From positions 64,593 to 128,592 of the forward strand of contig WJKK01000001.1 of the NCBI GenBank assembly GCA_014729135.1: a stretch of DNA of 64,000 bases, given 5' to 3'. Source of the DNA: a candidate division WWE3 bacterium. GTDB taxonomy: Bacteria; Patescibacteriota; WWE3; UBA101185; UBA10185. The notes under the pieces were generated by a model, which did no database searches, was not told the DNA's origin, and saw only the letters and a list, made by a program, of their open reading frames with translations. Made by a program: the position numbers and the translations under genes. Of this stretch, positions 9,573-19,338 are shown in pieces. Position 1 is the first letter of the stretch; each line of letters starts with the position of its first letter.

Positions 9573-10132
9573 GACAACACCTCCTTTAGCTCCTGAAAAC
9601 GATCCGAATCTAATACCTGTGGATTGTCCAGATAATAACAGGAACTGTAGTATTCCTTGTCTGCAGCTGCTCTCTCCGGCGTGGCAATCGCATAGGTTGG
9701 AAAATCATGAATACCTGTTCTATCTAGGAGGCGATCCGGCTTCATTTGTTTGCATGTAAAGTGAAAGTTGGCAATAGAATATTCCTTTGTTTTCTGCCCT
9801 ATAAGAGTGATTTTAGGTATGTCTTGGAAAATAACACCTTCTTTTACCAATACTGTTTCAAGTGAGATGTAGGAATAAGGCCCCATTAAGGCGCAACCTA
9901 GCTCATACGGATCGATTTTATCCAGGGGCTTCTTTGCATAAAGTCCTTTATGAACGCGATATAAGAGACCTCGTTTGATGTAACGAGAAACTGTCTTCCA
10001 AAGTGTGTTTTTGTTTTTTATCCCCCAAAGAACCGACATATCATCTGTAGTAAAAAGGTTAGCCGGTGTCTCAAGGAGGCTTTTGAGTTTGTCTCCCTTG
10101 TTTGTCCTGTACATATGTGTACAGGATAACAC
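9569..10132 (-). CDS. abiEi: AbiEi-family antitoxin/transcriptional regulator (type IV TA partner)
   Basis: ...LFTTDDMSVLWGI...LLYRVHKGLYAKKP...DPYELGCALMGPYSYISLETVLVKEGVI fits the AbiEi_4 N-domain plus the conserved P-SYISLESAL segment. Immediately upstream of abiEii and overlapping it. Confidence 0.7.
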   Translation of the reverse strand: MLSCTHMYRTNKGDKLKSLLETPANLFTTDDMSVLWGIKNKNTLWKTVSRYIKRGLLYRVHKGLYAKKPLDKIDPYELGCALMGPYSYISLETVLVKEGVIFQDIPKITLIGQKTKEYSIANFHFTCKQMKPDRLLDRTGIHDFPTYAIATPERAAADKEYYSSCYYLDNPQVLDSDRFQELKEVLS

Positions 10133-10165
10133 AACAGGAATACCTTAGCAAACAATTGGATAGAG

Positions 10166-11308
10166 CTAAGTAATAAAATCCAAATAATTCCCTTTATTCA
10201 TAACCTCATAGGTAGCATTGTCATAAGTTCCCAGCCAATCCCTTGGAGCCTTGGGCTCTTTACTTCCCCACTTAAACTCAAAGCCGTACAGCTTTCCATC
10301 CCTTTCCTCAATCAGGTCAATTTCTTTTTGGTCATATGTCCTCCAGAAGTAGTGGTTAGCATAAATATCCAGATATTCCCTTTTCTTTAGGCGCTCAACA
10401 AACAAATAATTCTCCCATAACATTCCTACGTCATCACGAGTTCCTAAATCGTTGAAATTATTAATAACGGCATTGCGTACGCCATTATCAAGGAAATAGT
10501 ATCTCGAGTTTTTTATCACTTCCTTGCGTAAATTTCGGCTAAACCCTCCTACTCTCTTAATGACAAAAACCTCCTCTAACAAGAAGAGGTACTTTTCGAC
10601 TGTATGAAAGGATAAATTCAAACTGTTAGCAAGGGCAGAAATGGACACTTCATTACCAATTTGAAATGCCAACAACTTTAGTAAATCAAGAAGTTTATCG
10701 GATCTCCTCAGATCTTCTAAAATCAAAAGATCTCTAAACAGATAGTTATCAACTATAGAATTAAGAATCTGCATTTTGGCATCAAGAGAGGGGGCTAAAA
10801 CAATCTCCGGATAAGAACCAAAAATAAGCCTTTCCTCTAGGCGTCCCCGGGTTTCCAAAGGATTTTCATAGGAATTCAGCTCCAATTGGGCAAAAGGATA
10901 AAGCAAATATTGCCACTTACGACCAACTAAAGGCTCTCCTATTTGATTTGCTAAGGAAAAGGAAGAAGATCCTGTAGCAACAACTACTACATCGGGTATA
11001 TTATCAACTATTAACTTGATGTTTAGGCCAATCTTATTGATGTGCTGAGCCTCATCAATAAAGAGGTAGTTATAAGACTCTAGGTTTCTTTTTAGGACTT
11101 CAATGGATTGACTACCTAACCATTCTGACACAAAACGATCTTCTCCCGTTACGGATAAAATAGAAGCTTTGGTTGTTTCTTCTAGCTGTTCTTTTAAGGA
11201 ATTTAGCAGAGTGGTTTTACCCACTCTACGGGGACCATAGATTATTGCAGCCCTCTTTGGTGAGAGGCTCTGCATTATTTTAGATGTGCTGTAGCGTTTT
11301 ATTTTCAT
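10166..11308 (-). CDS. AAA+ ATPase of the COG1373/DUF4143 family with a C-terminal PD-(D/E)xK-like segment (paralog)
   Basis: Walker A AIIYGPRRVGKTT, Walker B YLFIDEAQ, C-terminal KEIDLIEERDGKLYGFEFKWGS. Confidence 0.8.
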   Translation of the reverse strand: MKIKRYSTSKIMQSLSPKRAAIIYGPRRVGKTTLLNSLKEQLEETTKASILSVTGEDRFVSEWLGSQSIEVLKRNLESYNYLFIDEAQHINKIGLNIKLIVDNIPDVVVVATGSSSFSLANQIGEPLVGRKWQYLLYPFAQLELNSYENPLETRGRLEERLIFGSYPEIVLAPSLDAKMQILNSIVDNYLFRDLLILEDLRRSDKLLDLLKLLAFQIGNEVSISALANSLNLSFHTVEKYLFLLEEVFVIKRVGGFSRNLRKEVIKNSRYYFLDNGVRNAVINNFNDLGTRDDVGMLWENYLFVERLKKREYLDIYANHYFWRTYDQKEIDLIEERDGKLYGFEFKWGSKEPKAPRDWLGTYDNATYEVMNKGNYLDFIT

Positions 11309-11420
11309 TTATTCATTTAATAGAGTTACTACGTGCTTCTTACTGCACGTATTTTAGCAAATATACGCAGTATGTGCAAGAGAATTGGCCAATTCGCCTT
11401 CGCTCTATGCAAAATCCAAC

Positions 11421-11441
11421 ACAAGTACCCGGGGTATTTGT
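11421..11441. promoter_or_regulatory. Second copy of the ACAAATACC-N3-GGTATTTGT palindrome (one mismatch), upstream of ATPase gene 10166-11308
   Basis: acaagtacccggggtatttgt within a conserved block (tgcaaaatccaacacaagtaccc...), about 110-130 bp upstream of the 11308 start. Confidence 0.45.
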
Positions 11442-11935
11442 ACCGATACATCAAAAACCTTACCAAACATTTCTGTTAAGAGAAATAATTTCAATTGAAA
11501 CGGGAGTATTTGGTTTTGTCCCCTGTTAGTGAGGTTTGGAAGGGCTCAAATTCTAAAGAGCATTGCTTGCACGTTTGGTAAGGTTGCTTTAAGTTTTAAA
11601 TTAGGTTCTATGTTTCCTACTGTCCAGGAAACATGATCTTATAGAAAGAACACTCTGGGAGTGACGCTTCGGTCGCACATCTTGGGGTGTTTTTTCGTTT
11701 ATTCCTCTCTTTTTTAGTCTAGAGTTCAAAGGATTATCCTCCATCAAATACAGACTTCTTCCTGGAATTACAGCAAATGGAGTATTATTCTGAAGGATTA
11801 TCCTTGGTTTTTTAATACTATTCCCTTTAGTTGCAATAGCCATGCCTTGTTCAACAGAGGGTCGTCCTTTGAAAACCTCATAGACTTAAAAGATTTAAAC
11901 CTTTACAACACATTCCAAAAAAGGTACAATAAACT

Positions 11936-12200
11936 CATGCAAAAAGTCAGCATTAAAGACGCCAGAACCAACCTCTCCTCCATCGTGGAAGATGTCAGTG
12001 AAAGGCAAAAAACCTATGTTGTTACTAAGTACGGGAAACCCCGAGCCCTCATAAAACCTGTTACCTACAAAAATCTCCGGGATCCCTCCCCTAAAGAAGA
12101 CAAAAAGCTCAAAGCATTAAACAGTTCCGCGGGAATGTGGAAAGACAAGGATTATGATTACAAAAGGGAAAATTCACGCTATGAAAACATATTTGATTGA
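11936..12200 (+). CDS. Phd/YefM-family type II antitoxin
   Basis: MQKVSIKDARTNLSSIVEDVSERQKTYVVTKYGKPRALIKP is the canonical Phd/YefM N-terminus. Start chosen at the internal ATG at 11936 rather than the ORF-track start. Confidence 0.65.
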
Positions 12201-12561
12201 TACTAACGTTTTTATTAGGCACTTTAGAGGTGATAAAAAGGCTACGCGCTTTCTGAAAAGCGTGCGAAACAATTCCTACATTTCCTATATTGTGGCAGGC
12301 GAACTGCTCCAAGGAGTGGAGAATAAGAAGGATTTGGCTGTGGTAGAGGATATACTAGATGCTTGGGAAATCGACTGGGGAGATTCTAAGATCCACAAGA
12401 AAGGGCTGGAAATTTTGAAAAACGTTAACCTAAAAAACAAACTGGGCTTACTTGATGCGATTATTGCAGCTACGGCAATAAAAAACGGGAGTGTCTTGGT
12501 TTCGCTTAATCGGAAACATTTCAAGGATGTGGAGGGTTTAGAGCTTAGAGACAAGTTCTAA
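12181..12561 (+). CDS. PIN-domain toxin (VapC-like)
   Basis: MKTYLIDTNVFIRHF... has the PIN acidic residues (D6, E, D). Overlaps the antitoxin gene by 20 nt. Start at the ATG at 12181 rather than the ORF-track 12154. Confidence 0.7.
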   Translation: MKTYLIDTNVFIRHFRGDKKATRFLKSVRNNSYISYIVAGELLQGVENKKDLAVVEDILDAWEIDWGDSKIHKKGLEILKNVNLKNKLGLLDAIIAATAIKNGSVLVSLNRKHFKDVEGLELRDKF

Positions 12562-12684
12562 GCTGAGACTCAACAAATTCGGGCGCCAAAACAGTAACAC
12601 CAGAATTAAAAACCGAAAAAGTAGGAAACTAAGAAAACAGGCTGCCAACTACTTTTAGAAACAGGAAAACCACAGCAACAGCCC

Positions 12685-13791
12685 CTAATCTTCAAAAACC
12701 TCCGCAAAAATCATCCGGCCGGCAGAACCCTGCAAATTCTTCTTCACACAAACCTTAACCTCATCCCCTACCAAAGCCTTGCCTGCCTCCACAATCACCA
12801 TCGTGCCATCCTCTAAATAACCTACCCCCTGACCGTCCTCCTTACCTTCATCCAAAACCTTGATCTCAAACTTTTCACCCGGAAGATAGCGCATCCTTAG
12901 GGCATTTGCCAAGTCATTCAAGTTTAAAACCGAGACTCCCTCAGCTCCCGCTACTTTATTTAAAGAGAAATCCAACGTGACCAAAATCAAATCGTATTTT
13001 TTGGCGTATTTAACAAGGGATTTGTCGACGCCTTCCTCCAAAGGAGTAAATTCCTCTACAACCTCTAAATTTACCTTTTTGTCCTTTCTTAAAGCTTTTA
13101 GCAAGTCTAAACCTCTGCGACCTTTTTGCCGTTTTAGCTTGTCCTTACTGTCTGACAAAGTATGAAGTTCGTCCACAACAAACTCCGGAACTATGAGATC
13201 ACACATTAAAAACCCTGTTTTTGCAATGTCTAAAAGGCGACCATCAATTAAAACGGAGGTGTCCAAAACCATGGAACCTTTGTGTTTTTCCTTTAACAGT
13301 GCTTCCTTTTCTTTGCGGGCTTCTTCCTTAGCCTTGCGCTCCTCCTCCTCTTTTTTCTCGAGCTCCTTCTTATCTTCCCTTTCCTGGCGGGCCTCTCGCA
13401 TTTTATCCGTTTGCTGCTCCCAGAAGTCCGTTACAATGTCGCTAACAGCATCAAAAACGGCTTTTAAAACCCAGTGCTTTAGTGCAGAAAAAGCTTTTGG
13501 TACAACATAGAACCCCACCGAGGCAGTAAATAGGGAGATGAGAAATTCAGCTAAGAATTTGCGACCAAACAGGGGGTAATTATCAAAGAATACCTCATTG
13601 GAAAAGGTAAAACCTAGAATTAAGAAAACTAAGCCTAAAATGACACGGATTACTAGGGAAACTTCTTTTGGGGAGGGCTTGTCGTTGGCGCAGTCGTGGG
13701 CAGATTTTTTGCTTTCACTAGCACGTTTTTCAAAGGTTTTATTCGCTCCCTTGGTAGGAATCAATGTCTGAGTTTGATCTTGTAAAGCCAT
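12685..13791 (-). CDS. Membrane-anchored PIN + TRAM domain protein (YacL-like)
   Basis: N-terminal TM helices, PIN core (MVLDTSVLIDGRLLDIA...), C-terminal TRAM-like beta domain (GDEVKVCVKKNLQGSAGRMIFAEV). Sits downstream of radA as in Firmicutes. Confidence 0.7.
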   Translation of the reverse strand: MALQDQTQTLIPTKGANKTFEKRASESKKSAHDCANDKPSPKEVSLVIRVILGLVFLILGFTFSNEVFFDNYPLFGRKFLAEFLISLFTASVGFYVVPKAFSALKHWVLKAVFDAVSDIVTDFWEQQTDKMREARQEREDKKELEKKEEEERKAKEEARKEKEALLKEKHKGSMVLDTSVLIDGRLLDIAKTGFLMCDLIVPEFVVDELHTLSDSKDKLKRQKGRRGLDLLKALRKDKKVNLEVVEEFTPLEEGVDKSLVKYAKKYDLILVTLDFSLNKVAGAEGVSVLNLNDLANALRMRYLPGEKFEIKVLDEGKEDGQGVGYLEDGTMVIVEAGKALVGDEVKVCVKKNLQGSAGRMIFAEVFED

Positions 13792-13915
13792 TTTTGGTTT
13801 TCATAATCATGTTTTTTACTGTTTTATTGCGTACTTTTGCTGCGGGATTACAAAACATTGCGCTAGTACCTGTCTGTTGGAACGCCGCTGTATTAGGCCA
13901 AATACACCAAACACA

Positions 13916-15241
13916 CTACTGCGCCGAAAAGCCACGCTTAATTGCCTCTGTAATTGATTTTACCTTATGAGGAGTTATTATGTTAGTAAACCCTAGATTT
14001 TCAGCTTCTTGGGCGCGCGCCTCCATATGAGCTACTTTTCGAATTTCCCCTGAAAGTCCGCACTCCCCAAACGCTACTGTCCCCTTTTGTAAGGGCTTAT
14101 CCTTCATGGAAGAAACTAAAGCCAAACAAACGGCTAAATCTGCTGCATTTTCTCTTATGTGCATGCCTCCAACAACACTTAAATAAACGTCGTGTTCAGA
14201 AAAATCCAGTCGATAACGTTTTTCCAAGATGGCCATTAACACCTGAAGTCGATTGCTGCTAAAACCACTCGTTGTTCTTCTTGGGTAGCCAAATGCCGTT
14301 CTTGAAGTTAGCACCTGCACTTCTAAAAGGAGCGGCCTGAAGCCTTCCATGACTGTTGTTACACAGGATCCGGAGGTTTGCTGTCCGGACTGCTCCAAAA
14401 AGATTTCGGAAGGATTTTTGACCTCTAACATGCCCTCTTCAGCCATTTCAAAAATTCCCACCTCTGAAACAGGTCCAAAACGGTTTTTTGTGGTTCTAAG
14501 TATGCGGTACATGTGCTGTGAATCCCCCTCTAGGTAAAGGACGGTGTCTATAATATGCTCCAAAATTTTAGGGCCGGCTATTTCGCCTCCTTTGGTGATG
14601 TGGCCGACTAATACTATTGGAAGGCCTTTCTTTTTTGCTACGTTGGTTAGGCGCTGTGTACACCCTCTAAGTTGGGATATTGAACCGGGAATTCCTGTGA
14701 AATCTGATGAATACAGTGTCTGAATAGAGTCAATTATTGCCAAATCTACATCCTCCCTACTCTCTAGGGTTGCTATTAAGGAGTCTACGTTTGTTTCTGA
14801 TAATAAATGGAGGTTTTCACCGGAGTAGTTCATGCGATTGGAGCGTACTTTAATCTGCGATGGAGATTCTTCACCACATAAATATAGTAGCTGTAAGTTT
14901 GACATATTTTTGGCAACTTGAGTAAGTAATGTACTCTTTCCTATCCCAGGCTCTCCTCCAATGAGTACAACTTGTCCACGAACGAAACCTCCCCCTAAAA
15001 CGCGATCAAATTCACCTATATTGGAGCTGATTCTTTTGAGTTCTTGTGCTTTAACTTGGGATAGCTTTGTGGTCTTGGAAGCTGCTGCTGAACCTTTGTT
15101 GAGGTTAATAGATCCTTTTTGATCTAATTCTATACTCTCTTTTAGAGTGTTCCATTGCCCACAGGAAGGACACTGCCCTACCCAGCGTACGGTCTTATAA
15201 CCGCACTCGCTACATACATAGTTCTTTTTTGGTTTCGCCAT
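13916..15241 (-). CDS. radA: DNA repair protein RadA/Sms
   Basis: N-terminal C4 zinc finger (CSECGYKTVRWVGQCPSCGQW), RecA-like Walker A GGEPGIGKST, KNRFG motif, Lon-protease-like C-terminal domain. Confidence 0.9.
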   Translation of the reverse strand: MAKPKKNYVCSECGYKTVRWVGQCPSCGQWNTLKESIELDQKGSINLNKGSAAASKTTKLSQVKAQELKRISSNIGEFDRVLGGGFVRGQVVLIGGEPGIGKSTLLTQVAKNMSNLQLLYLCGEESPSQIKVRSNRMNYSGENLHLLSETNVDSLIATLESREDVDLAIIDSIQTLYSSDFTGIPGSISQLRGCTQRLTNVAKKKGLPIVLVGHITKGGEIAGPKILEHIIDTVLYLEGDSQHMYRILRTTKNRFGPVSEVGIFEMAEEGMLEVKNPSEIFLEQSGQQTSGSCVTTVMEGFRPLLLEVQVLTSRTAFGYPRRTTSGFSSNRLQVLMAILEKRYRLDFSEHDVYLSVVGGMHIRENAADLAVCLALVSSMKDKPLQKGTVAFGECGLSGEIRKVAHMEARAQEAENLGFTNIITPHKVKSITEAIKRGFSAQ

Positions 15242-15575
15242 GCTTACATTCTACATTAAAAAGGTTAAGGGTTTGTTAAAAAGTTTTCAGAAATTAGAAT
15301 AAAGGAAGTAAAAATCCAAATGGAAAAGCCACTTTTACTCAAACCATTAAGATCGTAAGGCTCCTGTCCTTAAGAAAAAGGCTTCGTCCTCCTAAACTGA
15401 AATATAAAGGGATGGGTTTTTTGCGAGACTTTCGCAGCGGGCTTTAACCAAAATACTAAAAACATCTGAATAATTGAAGGCCCGCGAGAACGAGCTGCTG
15501 CCGACACGCTTGAAAAAAGGGCAGACGGCGGTTCGAGCAAAAAACCCTCCCTTTAAGCTTGTTTGAAGAGGACAA

Positions 15576-17906
15576 TTAAAGCACACGGACCAAAACACTA
15601 TCATCACGTCCAACAGCGCTCAACTTCAAAGGACGCTCAGTATGCTCCAGCAAAACCTCCGCAATCCTATCCAAAAGCTCCCGCTCCACCGTCCTCCGCA
15701 AAGCCCGTGCACCATACTCATCAGAGTAACCAAGCTTCAACAAAACCTCTTTAGCCTTGTGCGAAAAGCGAATCGTAACATCCTGCTCCTCCAGATTCGC
15801 TCTAACGTCCCCCAGCATTAAATCAAGTATCTGATACTGATCATCCTTGCTTAAACGCTTAAAAACCACAATCTCGTCTAATCTATTTAAAAGCTCCGGT
15901 TTCAAAATTTTCTTTAAATTACTTCGCAAGCGCTTCTCCAAAGAAGTATCATTTAAAAACTTAGGTTCAAAGCCAATACCCTTTCTATGAACAATCTCCG
16001 TACCCAAATTGCTGGTTAAAACTACAACGGCAGAAGAAAAATCAAACGTTGTGCCTTTAGCATCCACAAGCTCCCCTTCTTCAGTAATTTGCAACAATAT
16101 GTTCAAAACATCCGGGTGTGCCTTCTCTATCTCGTCAAAGAGCACCAAGCTTCCCGGATTACGCTCTATTTTCGACGTTAATTCACCCCCATCGCCGTAA
16201 CCAACATATCCCGGAGGAGCTCCCACCAAACGCGCCACTGTATGCTTTTCACCAAAATCAGACATATCTAAGCGAATTAAGGAGTCCTCACCAAAAAATT
16301 CGTCTGATAAAACCTTGGCAAGCTCGGTTTTTCCTACACCTGTGGGCCCTAAAAAGAGAAAGTTCCCTAGAGGGCGCTTTTTAGAACGCAGGCCCAAACG
16401 AGCCCGAAGTAATGCGCGCGAAACTAAAGCAACAGCTTCGTCCTGACCTATTATTCTTTCCTTTATGCGCAGCTCTAAACTACTTAATGAGCTAATATCT
16501 GAATCAAAAACCTCTTCCGGTTCTTCATCATAGTCTTCAAAGGCCGTTTCAACGTCACGCTTGGCAACACGATAGTGCTGCTTACCAAACATCTGCACCT
16601 CATTTACAGACATCTTCTGTTCTATACCCGCAATCAAATCTCGAATCCTAAGTGCCTCATCATATTCCCTAACTTCCAAACTTTTATCTAAACCTTGAGT
16701 CAGCAAAATCGACTCCTCTAAAAGATCCTTGTACTCTTCCGGAACCTGTGCTTTTCGCAACAAAACCTTGGAAGCAGCTCTATCAAGAAGCTCTATGCCT
16801 TTTTGAGGAAACTTATTATCCAAATCCAGGTTTTCCACCTTTTCAAAAACATGCTGAACTATATCCGGTGTAAAGTTCACACTATGGTGCTCCCCAAGAT
16901 AAGCTGCAACAGATTCTAAAATCTCGCGAGTTTTCTCTTCATTGGGCTCATCCAACTCAACTACTCTAAAATTACTTAAAACCCGAGGATTTTCGGACAC
17001 CAAGCGAGAATAAACCTCGTCTGAAATTGTTGCTATTACAGGAATATTCAAATCATCCATTTGCGCCCTGAAAGAATTGTAAATCAAAGGAACTGCAATC
17101 CCTGTATTTGTAGTAAAGAAAAGATCTTCAAAGTTTTTGATACTAATAATTACCCGATTTAGCTTTTGAAGCTCTGCATAAAAGGCTGCCAGTGTTGCCT
17201 CCAAATCACCCTTATTTAAATTGTTGGTAATAAGCGTCAAAAGGTCCACTTCATAAATCCTATAACCAAGCAATCCGGAAGGCACCTCCATTTCATTCAT
17301 CTTTTGTGCCAACAACTTAACAAGCGTGCGCTTACCTACACCCGGATCCCCTACAATTAAAGGATTTGCATTCTCTTTTTGAAGCAAAATGCTCATAACA
17401 GAGGGCAGCACCTCCCTATCAACTAAAACTCTATCGGGTTCTGCTGCTACTTGAAGATTTAAATGTGTAGCAAAGAGGTCAATTATTGCTGCTTCCTCCT
17501 TCTTCGGAGCCTCTGCAAAAATCTGAGGAAAAACACTCATTCGAGAAAGTTTTTGTTGAGCACTTTCATAAAGATCAGAATTATTTAGCTTTAGCAAGGA
17601 TAAAAACAGGTGCTCAGAACCAACGTAGGGTTGCTGCAAACGAAGCGCTTCAAAATACGCACCCTTCACTAAATTACCTATATCAACACTTTTCGGAAGG
17701 TCATCGTGGTCAATTTCCAGAACTTGAACCAAACGTTTACCCATTCCGGAAACTTCAGCTATAGCTGCAAGCACATCCCCCGAAGACACCTCCAAAGAAT
17801 CAGAAAACGAAGAAGACCGCTTCTCTCCCTTAGAAAAGCTGCCACCTGCAACTTGCAAAAGCACCTTTTTTGCCTTAAGAGTAAGCCTGTTGATTTTATA
17901 AACCAT
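15576..17906 (-). CDS. clpC: Clp/Hsp100-family AAA+ chaperone (ClpC-like, two NBDs)
   Basis: Clp_N-like N-terminus, NBD1 P-loop GDPGVGKRT (non-canonical R after GK), NBD2 P-loop FLFLGPTGVGKTELAK, sensor/ClpB_D2-small C-terminus. Confidence 0.8.
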   Translation of the reverse strand: MVYKINRLTLKAKKVLLQVAGGSFSKGEKRSSSFSDSLEVSSGDVLAAIAEVSGMGKRLVQVLEIDHDDLPKSVDIGNLVKGAYFEALRLQQPYVGSEHLFLSLLKLNNSDLYESAQQKLSRMSVFPQIFAEAPKKEEAAIIDLFATHLNLQVAAEPDRVLVDREVLPSVMSILLQKENANPLIVGDPGVGKRTLVKLLAQKMNEMEVPSGLLGYRIYEVDLLTLITNNLNKGDLEATLAAFYAELQKLNRVIISIKNFEDLFFTTNTGIAVPLIYNSFRAQMDDLNIPVIATISDEVYSRLVSENPRVLSNFRVVELDEPNEEKTREILESVAAYLGEHHSVNFTPDIVQHVFEKVENLDLDNKFPQKGIELLDRAASKVLLRKAQVPEEYKDLLEESILLTQGLDKSLEVREYDEALRIRDLIAGIEQKMSVNEVQMFGKQHYRVAKRDVETAFEDYDEEPEEVFDSDISSLSSLELRIKERIIGQDEAVALVSRALLRARLGLRSKKRPLGNFLFLGPTGVGKTELAKVLSDEFFGEDSLIRLDMSDFGEKHTVARLVGAPPGYVGYGDGGELTSKIERNPGSLVLFDEIEKAHPDVLNILLQITEEGELVDAKGTTFDFSSAVVVLTSNLGTEIVHRKGIGFEPKFLNDTSLEKRLRSNLKKILKPELLNRLDEIVVFKRLSKDDQYQILDLMLGDVRANLEEQDVTIRFSHKAKEVLLKLGYSDEYGARALRRTVERELLDRIAEVLLEHTERPLKLSAVGRDDSVLVRVL

Positions 17907-17966
17907 AATGCCTAAAAACTGGTCCTACTAAATCCCAAATCCAAATCCAAACCCAAGTTCAATCCT

Positions 17967-19082
17967 CTAACTCATTTTCTCCAAAAGTCGAGTACTTAAA
18001 GCCAGCTTCTGATTGTCACTATCAACCAAAGTCACAATAGCCTCTACTTCTTCACCGGCCTCCAAAGGACCACTAGCCTCAGAAACATGAATCAATCCCT
18101 CAAGCCCCTGCTCCACCGTAACAAAAGCACCAAAAGGAACAATACGACTTACGGTTCCGGTAATCTTTGTACCAACGGGATACTTCTCCTGAACGTCTTC
18201 CCAAGGATTAGGAATCAAACGCTTAACGCTTAAAGCAAGCTTTCCGGAGTCCTCATCAATTCCCAAAACTTTAACCTCAATCTTTTCACCTACTTTATAG
18301 TAATTACCGGGGTTGTTGACCTTTTCCCAAGCAATCTCACTGATATGAACAAGCCCTTCAACACCTTCCAAATCCACAAAAATTCCAAAAGGCATTAATC
18401 CTGTTACTATGCCGGTTAAAATGTCGCCAACCTCAATTTTTTCTAGCTTTTCCTGGCGGGCTTCATCGCTGTAGGCTCTGGTAGCTTCCTTTTCGGAAAG
18501 AACCAAACGATTCTTGTCCATGTCCACCTCAATTACCTTTACCTTCAACTCTTTACCTTCCAAAACCTTAAGGGATTCCTTCAATTCCGCTTCACTGCCG
18601 GCAGCAAACTTAGCAATATCTTCTGCAAAGTGAACGCGATCCAAATGGGAAAGGGGTACAAATCCGCGGAGCCCCATGCAGTCAACCAAAAGGCCTCCTT
18701 TATTATATTCTTGAACCTTTACGTCTAAGACGATTTCATTTTCAAAGGCGTCTTCAACGATTTTCCACTGTCGATCTTTTTCGCAACGCTTAAAGGATAA
18801 AACTACATAACCTTGGCTATTTTCAGGTTGAACTACTGCTGCTAAAGCGGTGTCTCCCGGTTCTAGATTTCGGGCACTTAAAATACTGTCACCAAGCTCA
18901 GAACCTGAAACAACACCTTCAGCCTTGGCACCTATGTCCAATAAAACTTGTTCGTGAGACACACTTATCACTACACCTTCAACTAATTCTCCGGGGTGAA
19001 ATTGTTTAACTTGAATACCATGCTCTTCTAAGAGCTGATCCATTACAGAGGATTCTGTATGGACTTTTTTTGCATTTGCCAT
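17967..19082 (-). CDS. rpsA: 30S ribosomal protein S1 (short, ~4 S1 domains)
   Basis: Repeated S1 OB-fold motifs (G-x-V-x-G-x-V, FGAFV/FGIFV). Confidence 0.8.
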   Translation of the reverse strand: MANAKKVHTESSVMDQLLEEHGIQVKQFHPGELVEGVVISVSHEQVLLDIGAKAEGVVSGSELGDSILSARNLEPGDTALAAVVQPENSQGYVVLSFKRCEKDRQWKIVEDAFENEIVLDVKVQEYNKGGLLVDCMGLRGFVPLSHLDRVHFAEDIAKFAAGSEAELKESLKVLEGKELKVKVIEVDMDKNRLVLSEKEATRAYSDEARQEKLEKIEVGDILTGIVTGLMPFGIFVDLEGVEGLVHISEIAWEKVNNPGNYYKVGEKIEVKVLGIDEDSGKLALSVKRLIPNPWEDVQEKYPVGTKITGTVSRIVPFGAFVTVEQGLEGLIHVSEASGPLEAGEEVEAIVTLVDSDNQKLALSTRLLEKMS

Positions 19083-19206
19083 AATAAATTCTCTCGCTTT
19101 GATTAAATTTTTAATACATTCTTTGACTATTCCCCATGGAGGGGACTACAAAGGATCCTACAACAAAACGACAAACCAGTAGGATTTGGATGCGATTTAT
19201 AAACAT

Positions 19207-19338
19207 TATCCCGGCGACGACCTATCTTCCCAGACACGCGGTCTAGTATTTTCAGCGCTGGTAAGTTTAACTTCTCTGTTCGGAATGGATGTCCCGACAA
19301 GCGGGACGTAGAGGTGGGTCCTTACCGCCATCGTCACC
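19207..19338 (-). rRNA. rrf: 5S rRNA
   Basis: The reverse complement reads ...ccattccgaacagagaagttaaacttaccagcgctgaaaatactagaccgcgtgtctgggaag... with helix I ends ctcggtgacgatggcgg / ggtcgtcgccgg. Boundaries are approximate. Confidence 0.6.

Noticed and set aside
11601-11843. 80-aa minus-strand ORF between the ATPase paralog and the Phd antitoxin
   Set aside because: Basic low-complexity sequence with no RBS; the region more likely holds the promoters/operators of the flanking TA genes.
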